A stretch of DNA of 63,707 nucleotides, filler included. It is 9 parts of 9 records of this genome, joined end to end, with 100 filler letters (N's around TTAATTAATTAA, not from the genome) between each part and the next. Parts side by side here need not be neighbours in the genome. Positions count along the whole stretch, not along the records: positions 24,520 to 31,193 come from SRR31147125_51466; positions 31,294 to 36,486 come from SRR31147125_51492; positions 36,587 to 43,954 come from SRR31147125_51515; 6 more parts are not named here. One strand, given 5' to 3'. Below, piece after piece: positions 31,124 to 42,471 of this stretch (positions are counted from its first letter, which is position 1; every line of letters starts with the position of its first letter). The position numbers and the translations under genes are program-made. Under the pieces are notes generated by a model, which was not told where the DNA came from, did not search any database, and saw only the letters and a list, made by a program, of their open reading frames with translations.

Positions 31124-31877
31124 ATTTGCACCTCGCTTTTAAATAAAAGTGATCTACCTACGTGATGTTATCATCGATAAAATCCGACACAGANNNNNNN
31201 NNNNNNNNNNNNNNNNNNNNNNNNNNNNNNNNNNNNNTTAATTAATTAANNNNNNNNNNNNNNNNNNNNNNNNNNNNNNNNNNNNNNNNNNNNAAAAATT
31301 TCTTAATCTTATGAAATTTTAAAAGCAGGTTTTGTAGTTATTAATAACAATTAATGTGGGAATACTTTCTGGAGCCCAGCATCGTTGATGCTCTTTTTTA
31401 GACGTATACCGGGATTGTAATAAATACTTATCTTTCGAAGGTATATCCTTTGTCTCTGCCATAACTTCGCTACTAATCATCGGTTAAGTTGAGCCTATTT
31501 TTCAAACCTCACAATATTACTTCCTGTCAATTTGTTAGCGAGAACATTCTCTAGCGCTATAATAACAATACTAATTTCTGGTTCACTCAGCGCAGGGAAT
31601 TTTTTAAATTTCCTTTATAAACTCGTCAATTGTTTATTTTCTTTATTAATAACATTCACATAATACTTTTTTTTACCACCGCCTGCAATTCAAGAGAGAT
31701 TGTTAATTTTTCGAATCTGCATGGGATTGAGTCTTTGGAAAATTTTTGTAAAAACCAAATAAACAAATATAAAATGTCTTTAGAACTTGTTGGTATTTGA
31801 GAAATAAAATCCTTGCTTTTAACCGACAAGTAAGAAAATCTTATACTAAAATTTATTCATTTCAAAATTTTCACATT

Positions 31878-32528
31878 ATGAATTTATTAAAAACACCAAA
31901 ACTAAGGTTGGCACAGCTACAGAGTTTTACCAAGACTGTACTTAATATTGCCCAGGACCACACAGAAATTGAAGTTGAAACAAATCAGGTTTCCATTGCA
32001 TTTGCACCTTTTAACGAAAGTGTGATAAACATTGAGGCAAAAAGCAATAAGAAAGTGCTCGACCGATTACGCGACACCCTCATTTCAGGCTTGGTATAAG
32101 CTGCACAAGCAGAACAGAAGTTTCTGCACGAAGACAACACAGTCTCTACAACGCTAAAACAATTCACTGATATCGTGTTCAAATACGGTTACGATCTTGC
32201 TTATTTGTCCTATGATGATGAATCAGCCGAGACAGATAATCTTTTAGCTGAACTAAAAAGACTAGATCTCACTCCTTTGGATTCAACCGGTTTGCCACGT
32301 TGGATTCCGGTTATTGAAAATGCAAACAATGCATTTAAAACAAGAGCAGATGAATACATTGGAGAATCAGCTAATTCAGATGAATCAGCTTCTGCACTTG
32401 CTGAACCATTAATTAAAGCGCTTAATAATCTTTTTATAATGTTATTCTCTCAGGCTAACTCTGCAAAAAGCGAATCCTTGTTCCACGCGCATGGCGAAAT
32501 GGAAAAACTGGTAGATTCTTACAAATAG
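31878..32528 (+). pseudogene. DUF6261-like protein interrupted by one in-frame TAA (32097-32099)
   Basis: ORFs ending at 32099 and 32175-32528 share a frame. LDRLRD…YG…LSYDDESAETDNLL…W…ENANNAF is typical of this Bacteroidota family. Confidence 0.65.
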
Positions 32529-33035
32529 TAAAATCATTTTTTGAAAATTGAGATTTATACCCCTCCGAATCCCTTATAAATACTGTTCAACAGAAAAAAC
32601 ACCATTCTGCAACTTGCAGAAACGTGTTTTTTGCGTTGAGCAAGCTTCTGCAACCTGCAGAACGATGGTTTTTGCATAATTCGATCAATTGCCCGTTTGC
32701 AAAAGGGTGGTTTATTGAAAAAACGGACAATTGCATCCATTCAATTGCGAACCTCGAGGTTAGAGTGGCTCTCTGTTAGATAGAGAAAGGCTGATATTTT
32801 GGTTTATTTTCAAATTAAAATTGGCGACATATTTCTTATTCTTTTCTCCTTTGCTGAGATAACAAAAATTAATCTCTGCACTAATTTTGTTATCTTTGAA
32901 AAAAGAGCAGGAAATGAAACATCCAAGATAATTTATTTAACATACACCCACGATTATTGCTAAAAAGCAATATTACAAATGTGAAGCAACAAAAAGGATG
33001 TTCCATCTGACTTTTGAAAAGTTAAAAATATACAG

Positions 33036-33278
33036 ATGAAAACAATACTCTTAAATATTCCAGAATCTTTAGATTTAGATGATAGGGAAGCAAAGATGTT
33101 ACTTGCATCCCGACTATATGAGAAAGGGAAGCTGACTTTAGGGCAAGGAGCTGAAATGGTCGGTTTATCCAAGTCTACTTTTATGGAATTGTTAGCGGAT
33201 TATGATGTTCCTTTAATAAATCACAATGTTTCAGATTTAGATACTGATATAGACAATGCAAAGAATTATAGTATCTGA
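33036..33278 (+). CDS. UPF0175 family antitoxin-like protein
   Basis: LYEKGKLTLGQGAEMVGLSKSTFMELL HTH pattern; overlaps the PIN gene. Confidence 0.88.
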   Translation: MKTILLNIPESLDLDDREAKMLLASRLYEKGKLTLGQGAEMVGLSKSTFMELLADYDVPLINHNVSDLDTDIDNAKNYSI

Positions 33279-33711
33279 TACCAGTTGTTTGATTTTATTG
33301 CATAAAATCGGGCATATTTCTTTGCTTAAATCATTGTTTGGAGAAATTTTAATCACATCAATCGTTGCTGCTGAATTTGGCGATATTCTTCCGGATTTCA
33401 TCAAAATTGATGGTCCTAAAGATAAAATTTACCAGAAAATATTAGAAGGGTATTTAGATCCAGGAGAAGCAAGTGCAATTGCATTAGCTTTGGAAAATGA
33501 TGATTGTTTATTGATAATTGATGAATCAAAAGGGAGAAAAGAAGCAAGGCATTTAAAATTAAATATAACTGGTACAATTGGTATATTGATAACTGCAAAA
33601 GAAAAGGGGCTAATTGAATCGATTTCAACAGTAATAGATATGATAAACCAAACTGATTTTAGGATAAGTGAGATACTTTTACTTGAGGCTAAAAAGAGGT
33701 GTAATGAATAA
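33256..33711 (+). CDS. DUF3368 PIN-domain (VapC-like) toxin
   Basis: IVSDTSCLI, LDPGEASAIALA, IIDESKGR and GTIGIL motifs. Confidence 0.88.
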   Translation: MQRIIVSDTSCLILLHKIGHISLLKSLFGEILITSIVAAEFGDILPDFIKIDGPKDKIYQKILEGYLDPGEASAIALALENDDCLLIIDESKGRKEARHLKLNITGTIGILITAKEKGLIESISTVIDMINQTDFRISEILLLEAKKRCNE

Positions 33712-33830
33712 TAACATTTCTTTCCTTGGGATATTAGGTTTATAAGTTATAATTAGATTAATAATCCAACTCTTTTTGTAAATCCAATATTTTCAATTTC
33801 TTTGGAGTTTTAAGATAGAAAACTTAACAA

Positions 33831-35236
33831 ATGAAAGACAAAACATCCCTAATTAATTATTACAATAAGACAGCAGCAAAACGCGATAAATGGAAAAAAC
33901 GCAACCGGTTTTACCACAAAACAATTGAAAATTATTACAAAAAATCCGTTCCGGAAGGTTCTAAAGTACTAGAGCTAGGCTGCGGTACGGGTGATTTATT
34001 GGCTTGCTTAAATCCCGAGACCGGCGTTGGAGTAGATATTTCTTCAGATATGCTTGAGAAGGCTAAAACCAAGTACCCACAATTTAAATTTATTGAAGGA
34101 GATGTGCACGATATAGAACTTAATGAAAAGTTTGATTTTGTAATCATATCCGATTTATTGAGTGGATTATGGGATGTTCAGCAATTGTTCTCTAATCTGA
34201 AAAAATTTGTGCACCCTGGAACACGAATTCTGATTAATAACTATAATTATTTCTGGGAACCATTTTTGAAATTAGGAGAAACGCTGAGGATTAAACAAAA
34301 ACAATATCTCCAAAATTGGTTATCAGTAACCGATATCGAGAATCTGTTAAAACTAGAAGGATTTGAATTAATAAAAGTAGAGAGCAAGCTCCTAATCCCA
34401 AAGTATATACCTATTATTAACTTAATATTTAACAAGTTTCTATCGAACTTGCCGATTATTAACAGTCTTAACCTAATTAAATTTCTAATAGCAAAACCAG
34501 TGGAGACTGAAAAACATGATTATTCAGTTTCTATTCTTGTGCCAGCCAGAAACGAAAAAGGGAATATTGAAAATGCCATTTTACGTACTCCCAAATTCGG
34601 GAAGTGGCAGGAATTTATTTTGTTGAAGGAAACTCCAGTGATGGCACATACGATGAGATACTCCGTGTTAAGGAGAAATACAGTGACATGAAAATCCAGA
34701 CATTAAAACAATCAGGAAAAGGCAAAGGCAATGCCGTTCGCGAAGGTTTTGATGTTGCCACGGGCGATGTACTAATGATTTTAGATGCTGATTTAACAAC
34801 CCCGCCCGAGGATATGCCAAAATTCTATCGTGCTATTAGTGAATCAAAAGGTGAATTTATTAATGGTTGCCGACTTGTATACCCCATGGAAAAGCAAGCA
34901 ATGAGGTTTTTAAACTTCTTGGGAAATAAGTTTTTCAGTTGGTTGTTTTCTTACTTGCTCGGTCAAAAATTAAAAGATACCCTTTGCGGAACGAAAGTAC
35001 TTTTAAAAAGTGATTACGATAAAATTGTAGCAAATCGAAAATATTTTGGAGATTTCGATCCTTTCGGCGATTTTGATTTACTGTTTGGTGCAGCCAAGCT
35101 TAACCTTAAGATTACTGAAATAATTGTGAGGTATAAAGACAGGGAATATGGTTCAACCCAGATTTCCCGTTTTAAACATGGTTGGCTTCTCATAAAAATG
35201 AGTGCTTTTGCAGCAAGGAAATTGAAGTTTAACTAG
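33831..35236 (+). CDS. SAM methyltransferase-GT2 glycosyltransferase fusion; frameshift near 34620
   Basis: VLELGCGTG, then VPARNEKGNI continuing into VEGNSSDGT, ILDADLT, DTLCGTK and DPFGDFDLL. Confidence 0.85.
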
Positions 35237-35339
35237 AAAATCAGAGATTAATAAAATTACAATTTATAAATCTTAGTGTAGCTTTGTGTCTTCTTTGAGT
35301 AGCTTAGTGGAATAGCTGTTACACAAAGAAAGTTCATTA

Positions 35340-35711
35340 ATGATTGAAAATGAAATCTCCAATACAATAATTGGATGCGTAATAGAGGAGCATAGACAAT
35401 TAGGACCTGGATTGTTAGAGCCAGCTTAACAAGAGTGCCTTCTATTTGAGATAAAAGCAAAAAGACTAAAAGTTCAGAAAGAAAAACCAATGCCAATAAT
35501 TTATAAAGATGTTAAGGTGGAACATGGTTATAGAATTGACCTTTTAGTAGAAAATAAAGTTGTTGTTGAAATTAAAACAGTTGAGGCGTTAAATGATGTG
35601 CATACTGCGCAGGTGCTAACTTACCTTAAACTTGGAGATTACGAACTTGGATTGCTCTTAAATTACCAAGTTGCGATGTTAAAGGATGGCATAAAGCGTC
35701 TGATTAATTAA
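35340..35711 (+). pseudogene. GxxExxY protein with a nonsense codon at the motif Tyr
   Basis: MIENEISNTIIGC…LGPGLLEPA* (TAA 35427-35429), then in frame QECL…YRIDLLVE…EIK…AQVLTYLK. Confidence 0.85.
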
Positions 35712-35725
35712 AAGAAAGATTTTAT

Positions 35726-36486
35726 ATGAGCGCTAAAGACAAAAGTTACTTTAACGAAGAAATCCAAAATAATCTCGAAATATGGGATAAAAAAGAAGTA
35801 CTTCGCAATGTTTACACTGAATTTTACGAATACATAAAATCCCAAGTAGATTTCGAAGAACCTGGCAAAATTGTAGAACTTGGTTCAGGAATAGGTAAAA
35901 TAAAAACTGTTATTCCAAATGTTGTAACAACAGATATTTTTCCTAATCCATTTATTGACAGGCAAGAAAATGCTTACTCGCTTAATTTTGATGACAATTC
36001 CATTTCAAACTTAATTTTGTTTGATGTCTGGCACCACTTGAAATATCCAAAAGTTGCATTAAATGAGTTTCAACGGGTATTGTCAAAGAATGGGAGATTA
36101 ATATTATTTGAACCAGCAGTAAGTCTTTTAGGGTTGCTCGTTTATGGGGTGATGCACCAGGAACCCCTGGCATTAAAGCAAAAATTGAGACCTCGTTGGC
36201 CAACGATAAAAATGAATTATTTAAAGATGAGTATTATGCAGCTCAATCCAATGCTCACAAGATTTTTGTTAAACAAAAATATCCCGGTTTGCTAAAGGGG
36301 TGGATGATTAAAAATATGATTCGGATATCAGCCCTTCGATATATTCTCTCTGGTGGATATAGCAAATCTCCGGTTGTTCCTGTTGGATTGTTCCCAAAAT
36401 TAGTTGCGATAGAAAAATTATTCGATAGACTTCCAATGTTGTTTTCTACCAGGCTTTTAGTTGTCTTAGAAAAGAATAAGATTAAA
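35726..36486 (+). CDS. Class I SAM-dependent methyltransferase; frameshift near 36190
   Basis: IVELGSGIG, DVWHHL and GRLILFEP motifs; C-terminus in ORF 36196 onward. Confidence 0.8.
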
Positions 36487-36586
36487 NNNNNNNNNNNNNN
36501 NNNNNNNNNNNNNNNNNNNNNNNNNNNNNNTTAATTAATTAANNNNNNNNNNNNNNNNNNNNNNNNNNNNNNNNNNNNNNNNNNNN

Positions 36587-37101
36587 GACATATTTCCACT
36601 AGCTTCTTTAACCGCGATAATGTTTGGAATCTCTGCAAGTCGTAATGTGGTCTCAGCAGAGATATTGCAGCTTGTTCGTCCCGGCACATTATACAAAACA
36701 ACAGGTAATTCTGTCACAGCAGCGATTGCCTTAAAATGCTGGTACAATCCTTCCTGTGTGGGTTTATTATAATAAGGTGCAACAGACAATATGGCACTTG
36801 CTCCGGCATGATCCGCATGACGGGTAAGTGAGATCGCTTCCTGGGTCGAATTACTGCCGGCACCACACATAACCGGAACGCGGCCCTTTGCCTGGTCAAT
36901 AACAACTTCCATTACCCGGTGATGCTCATAATGAGACATGGTGGCACTTTCACCAGTCGTGCCACAGGCCAGCAATACATCTGTACCATTTTTTATTTGC
37001 CAGTCGACAAATTGTCGTAATTGTTTCTCATCGATCTTGCCTTTTTTATCAAAAGGTGTTATCAGAGCAACGGTTGTTCCGCGAAATTTACTCGTGTCCA
37101 T
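36587..37101 (-). CDS. dapA: 4-hydroxy-tetrahydrodipicolinate synthase, 3'-truncated
   Basis: ALITPF, GTTGES, PYYNKP, YNVPGRT and KEASG motifs. Confidence 0.96.
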
Positions 37102-37276
37102 TTCTATCCTTACTTTTTATTTTTTTAATTCCGTATCCGGTTAAAACTCTATACTAAACCGACATTTTTTATTTTAATATAAAATTAAGAGCTCTCTGTT
37201 TTTGCTCTAGATCTTTCAGCTCTTTACCTTCATTTTCAGTAAGCTCGTTGATACACAGCGTGAGGCAACCTCTATT

Positions 37277-37350
37277 TGCCAACTGCCAACTGGGATCTGC
37301 CTACTGCCCACTGCCTACTGGTTTCTGCCCACTGCCTACTGGATTCTGTC
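37277..37350. repeat. Short heptamer tandem repeat (CTGCCYA-like) between dapB and dapA
   Basis: gccaactgccaactg…ctgcctactgcccactgcctactg…ctgcccactgcctactg. Confidence 0.7.
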
Positions 37351-37362
37351 TAACGAAGAATT

Positions 37363-38088
37363 TCAAACATTCGAAATATCGCTCATAAAATCATCCATCG
37401 TGAAAATACCGGATTTCCCGGCAATCCATTCGGCAGCGCGAACAGCACCGTAAGCAAAACCTTGTCGACCCCGTGCTTCATGCTTTAGCTTTATGTAATC
37501 TACCTCTGAATCAAACCCAACCTCATGAGTTCCAGGCACGCGTCCCACTCTTGTGGACGTCACATGCAGATGTTTTGCATTAATGCGGCCATGACTCGAA
37601 TCATACAAGGCACTCTCTTTGCCCGGAAGATTCTCAAGCATAACGTCTGCCAGTTTTTTAGCCGTACCGCTGGGACTGTCAGCCTTGCCTGTATGATGCC
37701 ATTCATGTAAATAACTATCATAATCTGTTAATGGAGCAAAAAGTTGAGAGGCATATCTGACCAGTTTAGTAAACTGGTATACACCAATGGAAAAATTGGG
37801 GCTATAGATCACTGTCAGGTGATCTATTTTTTCAAGACTGGCCACCTCATCCAGCCATCCGGTCGTTCCCTCTACCACCGGAACGTTTAAAGCAGCAGCT
37901 GTTTTTAGATTCTCCAAAACACCATCCGCCAGTGTAAAATCAATAAGAACCTCTGCCCCATTTAATTCAGATGTTGGAGAAAATGTATCATCTATATCAA
38001 AAGTAACACAAATGGTATGTCCCAGATCAATGGCTGCTTTTTCAACCTCATGACCCATGCGCCCATACCCTAAAAGACCTATATTCAT
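37363..38088 (-). CDS. dapB: 4-hydroxy-tetrahydrodipicolinate reductase
   Basis: GYGRMG, IDFT, GTTG, NFSIG and [15 protein letters not shown] motifs. Confidence 0.95.
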   Translation of the reverse strand: MNIGLLGYGRMGHEVEKAAIDLGHTICVTFDIDDTFSPTSELNGAEVLIDFTLADGVLENLKTAAALNVPVVEGTTGWLDEVASLEKIDHLTVIYSPNFSIGVYQFTKLVRYASQLFAPLTDYDSYLHEWHHTGKADSPSGTAKKLADVMLENLPGKESALYDSSHGRINAKHLHVTSTRVGRVPGTHEVGFDSEVDYIKLKHEARGRQGFAYGAVRAAEWIAGKSGIFTMDDFMSDISNV

Positions 38089-38226
38089 CCTTTTTCCTTA
38101 AAATAATATCATTAACAAACTGTAAAAGTTTCATGTTTGTTTTCTGGTTGTTTATTGTATCCTAATATCCTGACGGTTTACTCTTTTACTTTTTTTACAT
38201 CTGCAATAATCCGCCAACTCCTGACA

Positions 38227-39609
38227 TCAAACAGCAAAAACCTTTGGATCCAGATTTTTGAAAAAATGTTCATGTAATCGATTGATAATCTTTTCCAACT
38301 CCTCTTCATCAATGACAAAACTAATATTGATTTCAGAAGCACCCTGGGAAATGAGGTGTACAGGGACATCATCCAATAACGCAAATATCTTTCCTGGAAT
38401 TCCGGGAGTGGTCTTCATAGCCTCTCCGACCAGACAGACAATAGCATTACCTTTTTTCACCTCCACTTCGGCAAATCTGCCCAGTTCATTGGTAATTTCT
38501 CGTAATCGTTCGGTATTATCTATGGTCATGGAAACACTGACCTCAGATGTGGAAACCAGGTCAATAGATGTCTGGTAGCGATCAAAAACCTCAAATATAT
38601 GCGCCATGAAACCATGAGACATCAACATTCGGGTAGAAGTAACCGTGATAACCGTAAGACCTTCCTTGTAGGCAATGGATTTGACGATACATTCGCCATT
38701 TTGTCCATTGTTTTTGGTATTGGATATTTTCGTACCACTTTCAGCAGGACGCATGGAATTGAGAACATATACTGGAATATTTCGCTCGATGGCCGGCAAC
38801 AGCGTGGATGGGTGCAGGACTTTGGCGCCAAAATAGGCCAATTCCGCTGCTTCCTGAAAACTCATTGTCAGGATCCTCGTTGCTGTTGGTACCAGCGACG
38901 GATCCGCTGTCAATACACCATCTACGTCAGACCAGATTTCAACAATATCCACATCAAGCATGGCACCTATTAATGTAGCTGAGTAATCAGATCCGCCTCG
39001 TCCCAATGTGGTAATACGACTAAACGTATCCCTGCCAACAAAGCCCTGTAAAATAGGTACCTTTTTCTCCTGCAGAGCAGGCAATAATTGACTTTTGGCG
39101 TTTTTCTTTGATTCATCAAACAAGGGTTTGGCGCTGCCAAATTCCGAGTTGGTAACGATGATGTCACGTGCATCCATCATATAACCGTTTATACCCATTT
39201 TCTGCAGATGACAGGCCAGTATATGAGCTGACAGGAACTCGCCCATACTCGTCAGTTCATCACTCTTGATTTTTGCCGCTTCATCACTCGTTGTTTTTTG
39301 CTCGCTTAATTCTTTTAACCGATCCAGACCCTTTTGAATATGGACCAGCAATTCCTGATTATCCTGCAATTCAAGACCGCGAATAATGTCCATATGAATG
39401 GATTCAATTGTCGTAAGGTATTTTTCCTGCACAGAAGCATCATTTGATGCCGATTCTTTTGTCAAAGCCACCAGTTTATCTGTAATACCACCAACGGCAG
39501 ATGTCACCACTACAGGCTCCTGAGGTAAACGACTTTTAATAATTTCACAGACGCGTTGAATGGCAGACGCGCTACCAACGGAAGTACCACCGAATTTCAT
39601 TGTGATCAT
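38227..39609 (-). CDS. lysC: Aspartate kinase (lysine-sensitive AKIII-like)
   Basis: MKFGGTSVG, TTLGRGGSDYSA and FGAKVLHP motifs; two ACT domains. Confidence 0.95.
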   Translation of the reverse strand: MITMKFGGTSVGSASAIQRVCEIIKSRLPQEPVVVTSAVGGITDKLVALTKESASNDASVQEKYLTTIESIHMDIIRGLELQDNQELLVHIQKGLDRLKELSEQKTTSDEAAKIKSDELTSMGEFLSAHILACHLQKMGINGYMMDARDIIVTNSEFGSAKPLFDESKKNAKSQLLPALQEKKVPILQGFVGRDTFSRITTLGRGGSDYSATLIGAMLDVDIVEIWSDVDGVLTADPSLVPTATRILTMSFQEAAELAYFGAKVLHPSTLLPAIERNIPVYVLNSMRPAESGTKISNTKNNGQNGECIVKSIAYKEGLTVITVTSTRMLMSHGFMAHIFEVFDRYQTSIDLVSTSEVSVSMTIDNTERLREITNELGRFAEVEVKKGNAIVCLVGEAMKTTPGIPGKIFALLDDVPVHLISQGASEINISFVIDEEELEKIINRLHEHFFKNLDPKVFAV

Positions 39610-39627
39610 ATTTTCTACTCTTTTATT

Positions 39628-40620
39628 TTAAATTAAAAGGTTTTTGGCAATTTTGACATACAGCTCTGTGGCCTCAGCCAGTTCATTAAATGTGATCTGT
39701 TCATTCTCCGAATGAGCAAATTCAACCGATCCGGGTCCAATCATCAGGACCTGACCCAGAGGTTTTAAATAAGAGGCATCTGATCCAAAAGAGACAATGG
39801 TGCTGTCAAAACCAGGCAGGTTCACCAGTTTTAGCGCCTCGCATTCACTGAGAATCTCAAAATGAACACCTCTTACGTCACAAACCTCAATTTTCTCCTT
39901 TATATGCTGCAATGAACCAGCAACGCGGATAATACCCTCTGCCTCAGCGTGCCCGGCAATCACATTCGGTCCGGTTCCACCGGATATTTGTCCAATATTG
40001 ATTGTCGATTTACCAAAATAGTCATCCTCACCCAGGTCCAGAATCAGTAATCTGGACAGATAAGGCACAAGACTGTGAATAGCAGACACACCCTGTTGCG
40101 GATAAGCCGAATGACCAGCCTTGCCATCGGCGGTAATACGAAAAACAATGGTTCCCTTTTGTCCGATGGCCAGCTTGTTCTGCGTGGGCTCTCCAATAAT
40201 GATATATTCAGAATTCAGCTTTAATTCCGCTGCTTTTTTCGCCCCGTCAGAGTCCATTTCTTCACCAACCACGAACAACATGCCAAATTCTGTTATATTG
40301 TCCTGCATAAGCTGCTCGGCAGCCATGAGCATACTGAACATGGATCCTTTGGCGTCACAGGCACCTCGTCCCTTTATAACTGTTCCTTCATACCCTAAAG
40401 GGACATCCGGCAATACCGTATCCATATGCGTGGAAAAAAGAACCCTGGGTTGCTGCATTGTTGTTGCTATCACATTAAACCGTTTCTCATCCACATACTG
40501 TTTTTCCACCTGGAAACCATACTGCTGTAACACACCAAACAGATACTCGCCCAGTTCTTCCTCACTCCCTGTTGGAGATTTTATATTCAATAGATTTTCA
40601 AATAAAGCTAACATGTTCAT
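39628..40620 (-). CDS. M20 metallopeptidase (ArgE/DapE-like)
   Basis: THMDTV, GRGACDAKG, GEE, IGEPT and AHSENE motifs. Confidence 0.9.
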   Translation of the reverse strand: MNMLALFENLLNIKSPTGSEEELGEYLFGVLQQYGFQVEKQYVDEKRFNVIATTMQQPRVLFSTHMDTVLPDVPLGYEGTVIKGRGACDAKGSMFSMLMAAEQLMQDNITEFGMLFVVGEEMDSDGAKKAAELKLNSEYIIIGEPTQNKLAIGQKGTIVFRITADGKAGHSAYPQQGVSAIHSLVPYLSRLLILDLGEDDYFGKSTINIGQISGGTGPNVIAGHAEAEGIIRVAGSLQHIKEKIEVCDVRGVHFEILSECEALKLVNLPGFDSTIVSFGSDASYLKPLGQVLMIGPGSVEFAHSENEQITFNELAEATELYVKIAKNLLI

Positions 40621-40867
40621 TTTTCTTTCAAGCTACAATTCCATAGGATGTTAAATCGCCACATTCGCCAGGCAGGATTATTGTTCCTTGCTATTTTAAA
40701 CCTTTTTGCTCTTCTTCGTGCTTTCGAGCCTTTGTGGTTGCTCTAAATTCTTTATTTTTTTCTTTGCTCTTCTCCGCGCCCTCTGCGGTTTGCCCTTGCT
40801 CTTTATATGCGCTACTGGCGGTCTTGCGTGAATCAAGTTTCCTTTCCTAAAAATTTACCCGCCAGAC

Positions 40868-40911
40868 AAAAAAAGGCCGATCGAATCAAGAACGCCTCTT
40901 ATCAACCAACC
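40868..40911 (-). terminator. Intrinsic terminator of the riboswitch expression platform
   Basis: Minus strand GGTTGGTTGA…TCGATCGGCC stem followed by T7, about 30 nt after the aptamer. Confidence 0.7.
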
Positions 40912-40942
40912 TACTGATTACTTTTGTAATCCAGCATACTGA

Positions 40943-41123
40943 TTAAATAGCGCTCCATGGATTCTTTTTCTCCATGACAGTCCAACAGTTATTCACACGC
41001 TGAACCAACGATTTTACCCGGCAGTTTTAAATCGTTTCGGCCTGATACCCTTTCACCGTATTCTCTAACAGGACTGCCGTCCCTCAAATACGCTTACTAT
41101 TGTAACAGGCACCTCTACTTAAA
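40943..41123 (-). promoter_or_regulatory. Lysine riboswitch (L-box)
   Basis: Minus strand TTAAGTAGAGGTGC…AGTA…GAAAGG…GCCGAA…TTGG…GAATA…ACTGTC…GGAGCGCTATTTAA with P1 pairing TTAAGTAG/CTATTTAA; upstream of the lysC-dapB-dapA operon. Confidence 0.93.
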
Positions 41124-41298
41124 GCAGATAATCTAAGATGAATTATAATAAATTATTTTCTTTTTTGCAAGGTAATTATAGAGGAAACTAAATTTATTTT
41201 ACTTTTGCGGAATTTTATTTTATTATTTTAGGTAAGAAGCATAGGAATAGAGTAGATTTCTGTTTTGTTCTAATGGAGAAATTGTATATAAAACGTAT

Positions 41299-41616
41299 TT
41301 GCACGTTAGACTATATTTACCAAACAGCTACGTTCCTGTCTTTGGGCAGCGGCTATCTTTGGTTTTGTCGTCCACATGCGTGTTTATTTATTGTGGATTG
41401 TTTTATTCGGAGGAATTTTCCACTGCATTGAGCAATCCGAGCTCTCTGGCATTCATCGTTGATGCCTTGATTGTAATGCTACTCCTGGTTTATTTATTTA
41501 CATATGTATATCTCAGACTTTTCTCCTGGACGTGGTTTATTATCCTTTCTCTGCCAGTCAACTTCATTTTAAGTGTATCAACTTTTATATTAGTTAGGTC
41601 TACTAATAGCAAATAA
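41299..41616 (+). CDS. Possible small membrane protein
   Basis: Three hydrophobic segments; TTG start uncertain. Confidence 0.35.
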   Translation: MHVRLYLPNSYVPVFGQRLSLVLSSTCVFIYCGLFYSEEFSTALSNPSSLAFIVDALIVMLLLVYLFTYVYLRLFSWTWFIILSLPVNFILSVSTFILVRSTNSK

Positions 41617-41697
41617 ACATATTACAACAATAGAGTTATAAATAAAAGACCCAACAGATCAACTCTAGCAAAAATAAAAAGAAAGGCAGGTAATACA

Positions 41698-41979
41698 ATG
41701 TCTAGGTATCTCATTGAAGTACCGCATGAAGCTGAAGAAGTGTCATGTGCACGTGCCGTCAAAGTCCTCCTCACAACAGGTTCCCATTTTCTAACCCATG
41801 CCGACTATGGGTGCCATGACGGGGATCATAGAGCATGGTTAATTGTAGATGTGGATAGTAGAGAGGATGCCCGGTCCATTTTACCCCCTGTTTATAGATC
41901 GGATGCCAGGATTATAGAGCTAAACAAGTTCACTTTGGAAGAGATAGACGAAATCCTTACCCATCACCAGAAAGTATAG
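41698..41979 (+). CDS. Conserved small hypothetical protein (93 aa)
   Basis: RBS present; H…C…GCHDGDH motif suggests a metal site; no family name I can support. Confidence 0.75.
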   Translation: MSRYLIEVPHEAEEVSCARAVKVLLTTGSHFLTHADYGCHDGDHRAWLIVDVDSREDARSILPPVYRSDARIIELNKFTLEEIDEILTHHQKV

Positions 41980-42471
41980 AAGCGGTCTGAACATAACAGG
42001 ATAAAAATTATTTTTCTTAATTTAACTGCAAAAAAAATTAAATTCTGACAGTCGTTAAAAAAGATAAATTCCATCTCTATCATGTCATTCTCAAACGACC
42101 ACGAACACCCTGGTCTGAGTGAACAGATGTCGATAAAATAAGTACAACTATAGGTTTTCCTTGAAGCAAAGAATCCGGGTAGAGACAAGAATATCAGACG
42201 GGCAGCACAAAAAAAGTTAATCCAATTAGAATTAGCAGCTGTTCACTGATCCAGTATGCCAGTTTTTCACCCATGCAATTAATACATACTCGAATACGAA
42301 TAATCGAATTACAGGAGAAACTATTTTAATAGAAATGAACAGCAATCCCTCGCCCTCTGGCCTGTCCGCACAAATTGATGTATATAATTTTTCAAAAGCT
42401 CTCCGCGTCAAGAACGCTCAATAAGAAAAGTGAAAAAAAACAAAAGCTGACCTTTCATTAAGAGAATAAAA

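Noticed and set aside
31294-31800. Possible degraded gene on the minus strand at the start of contig 5
   Set aside because: Only short interrupted frames with no recognisable motif.
31878-35711. TAA-to-Tyr genetic code reassignment
   Set aside because: The PIN gene (33711) and the GxxExxY gene (35711) on the same contig end normally at TAA.
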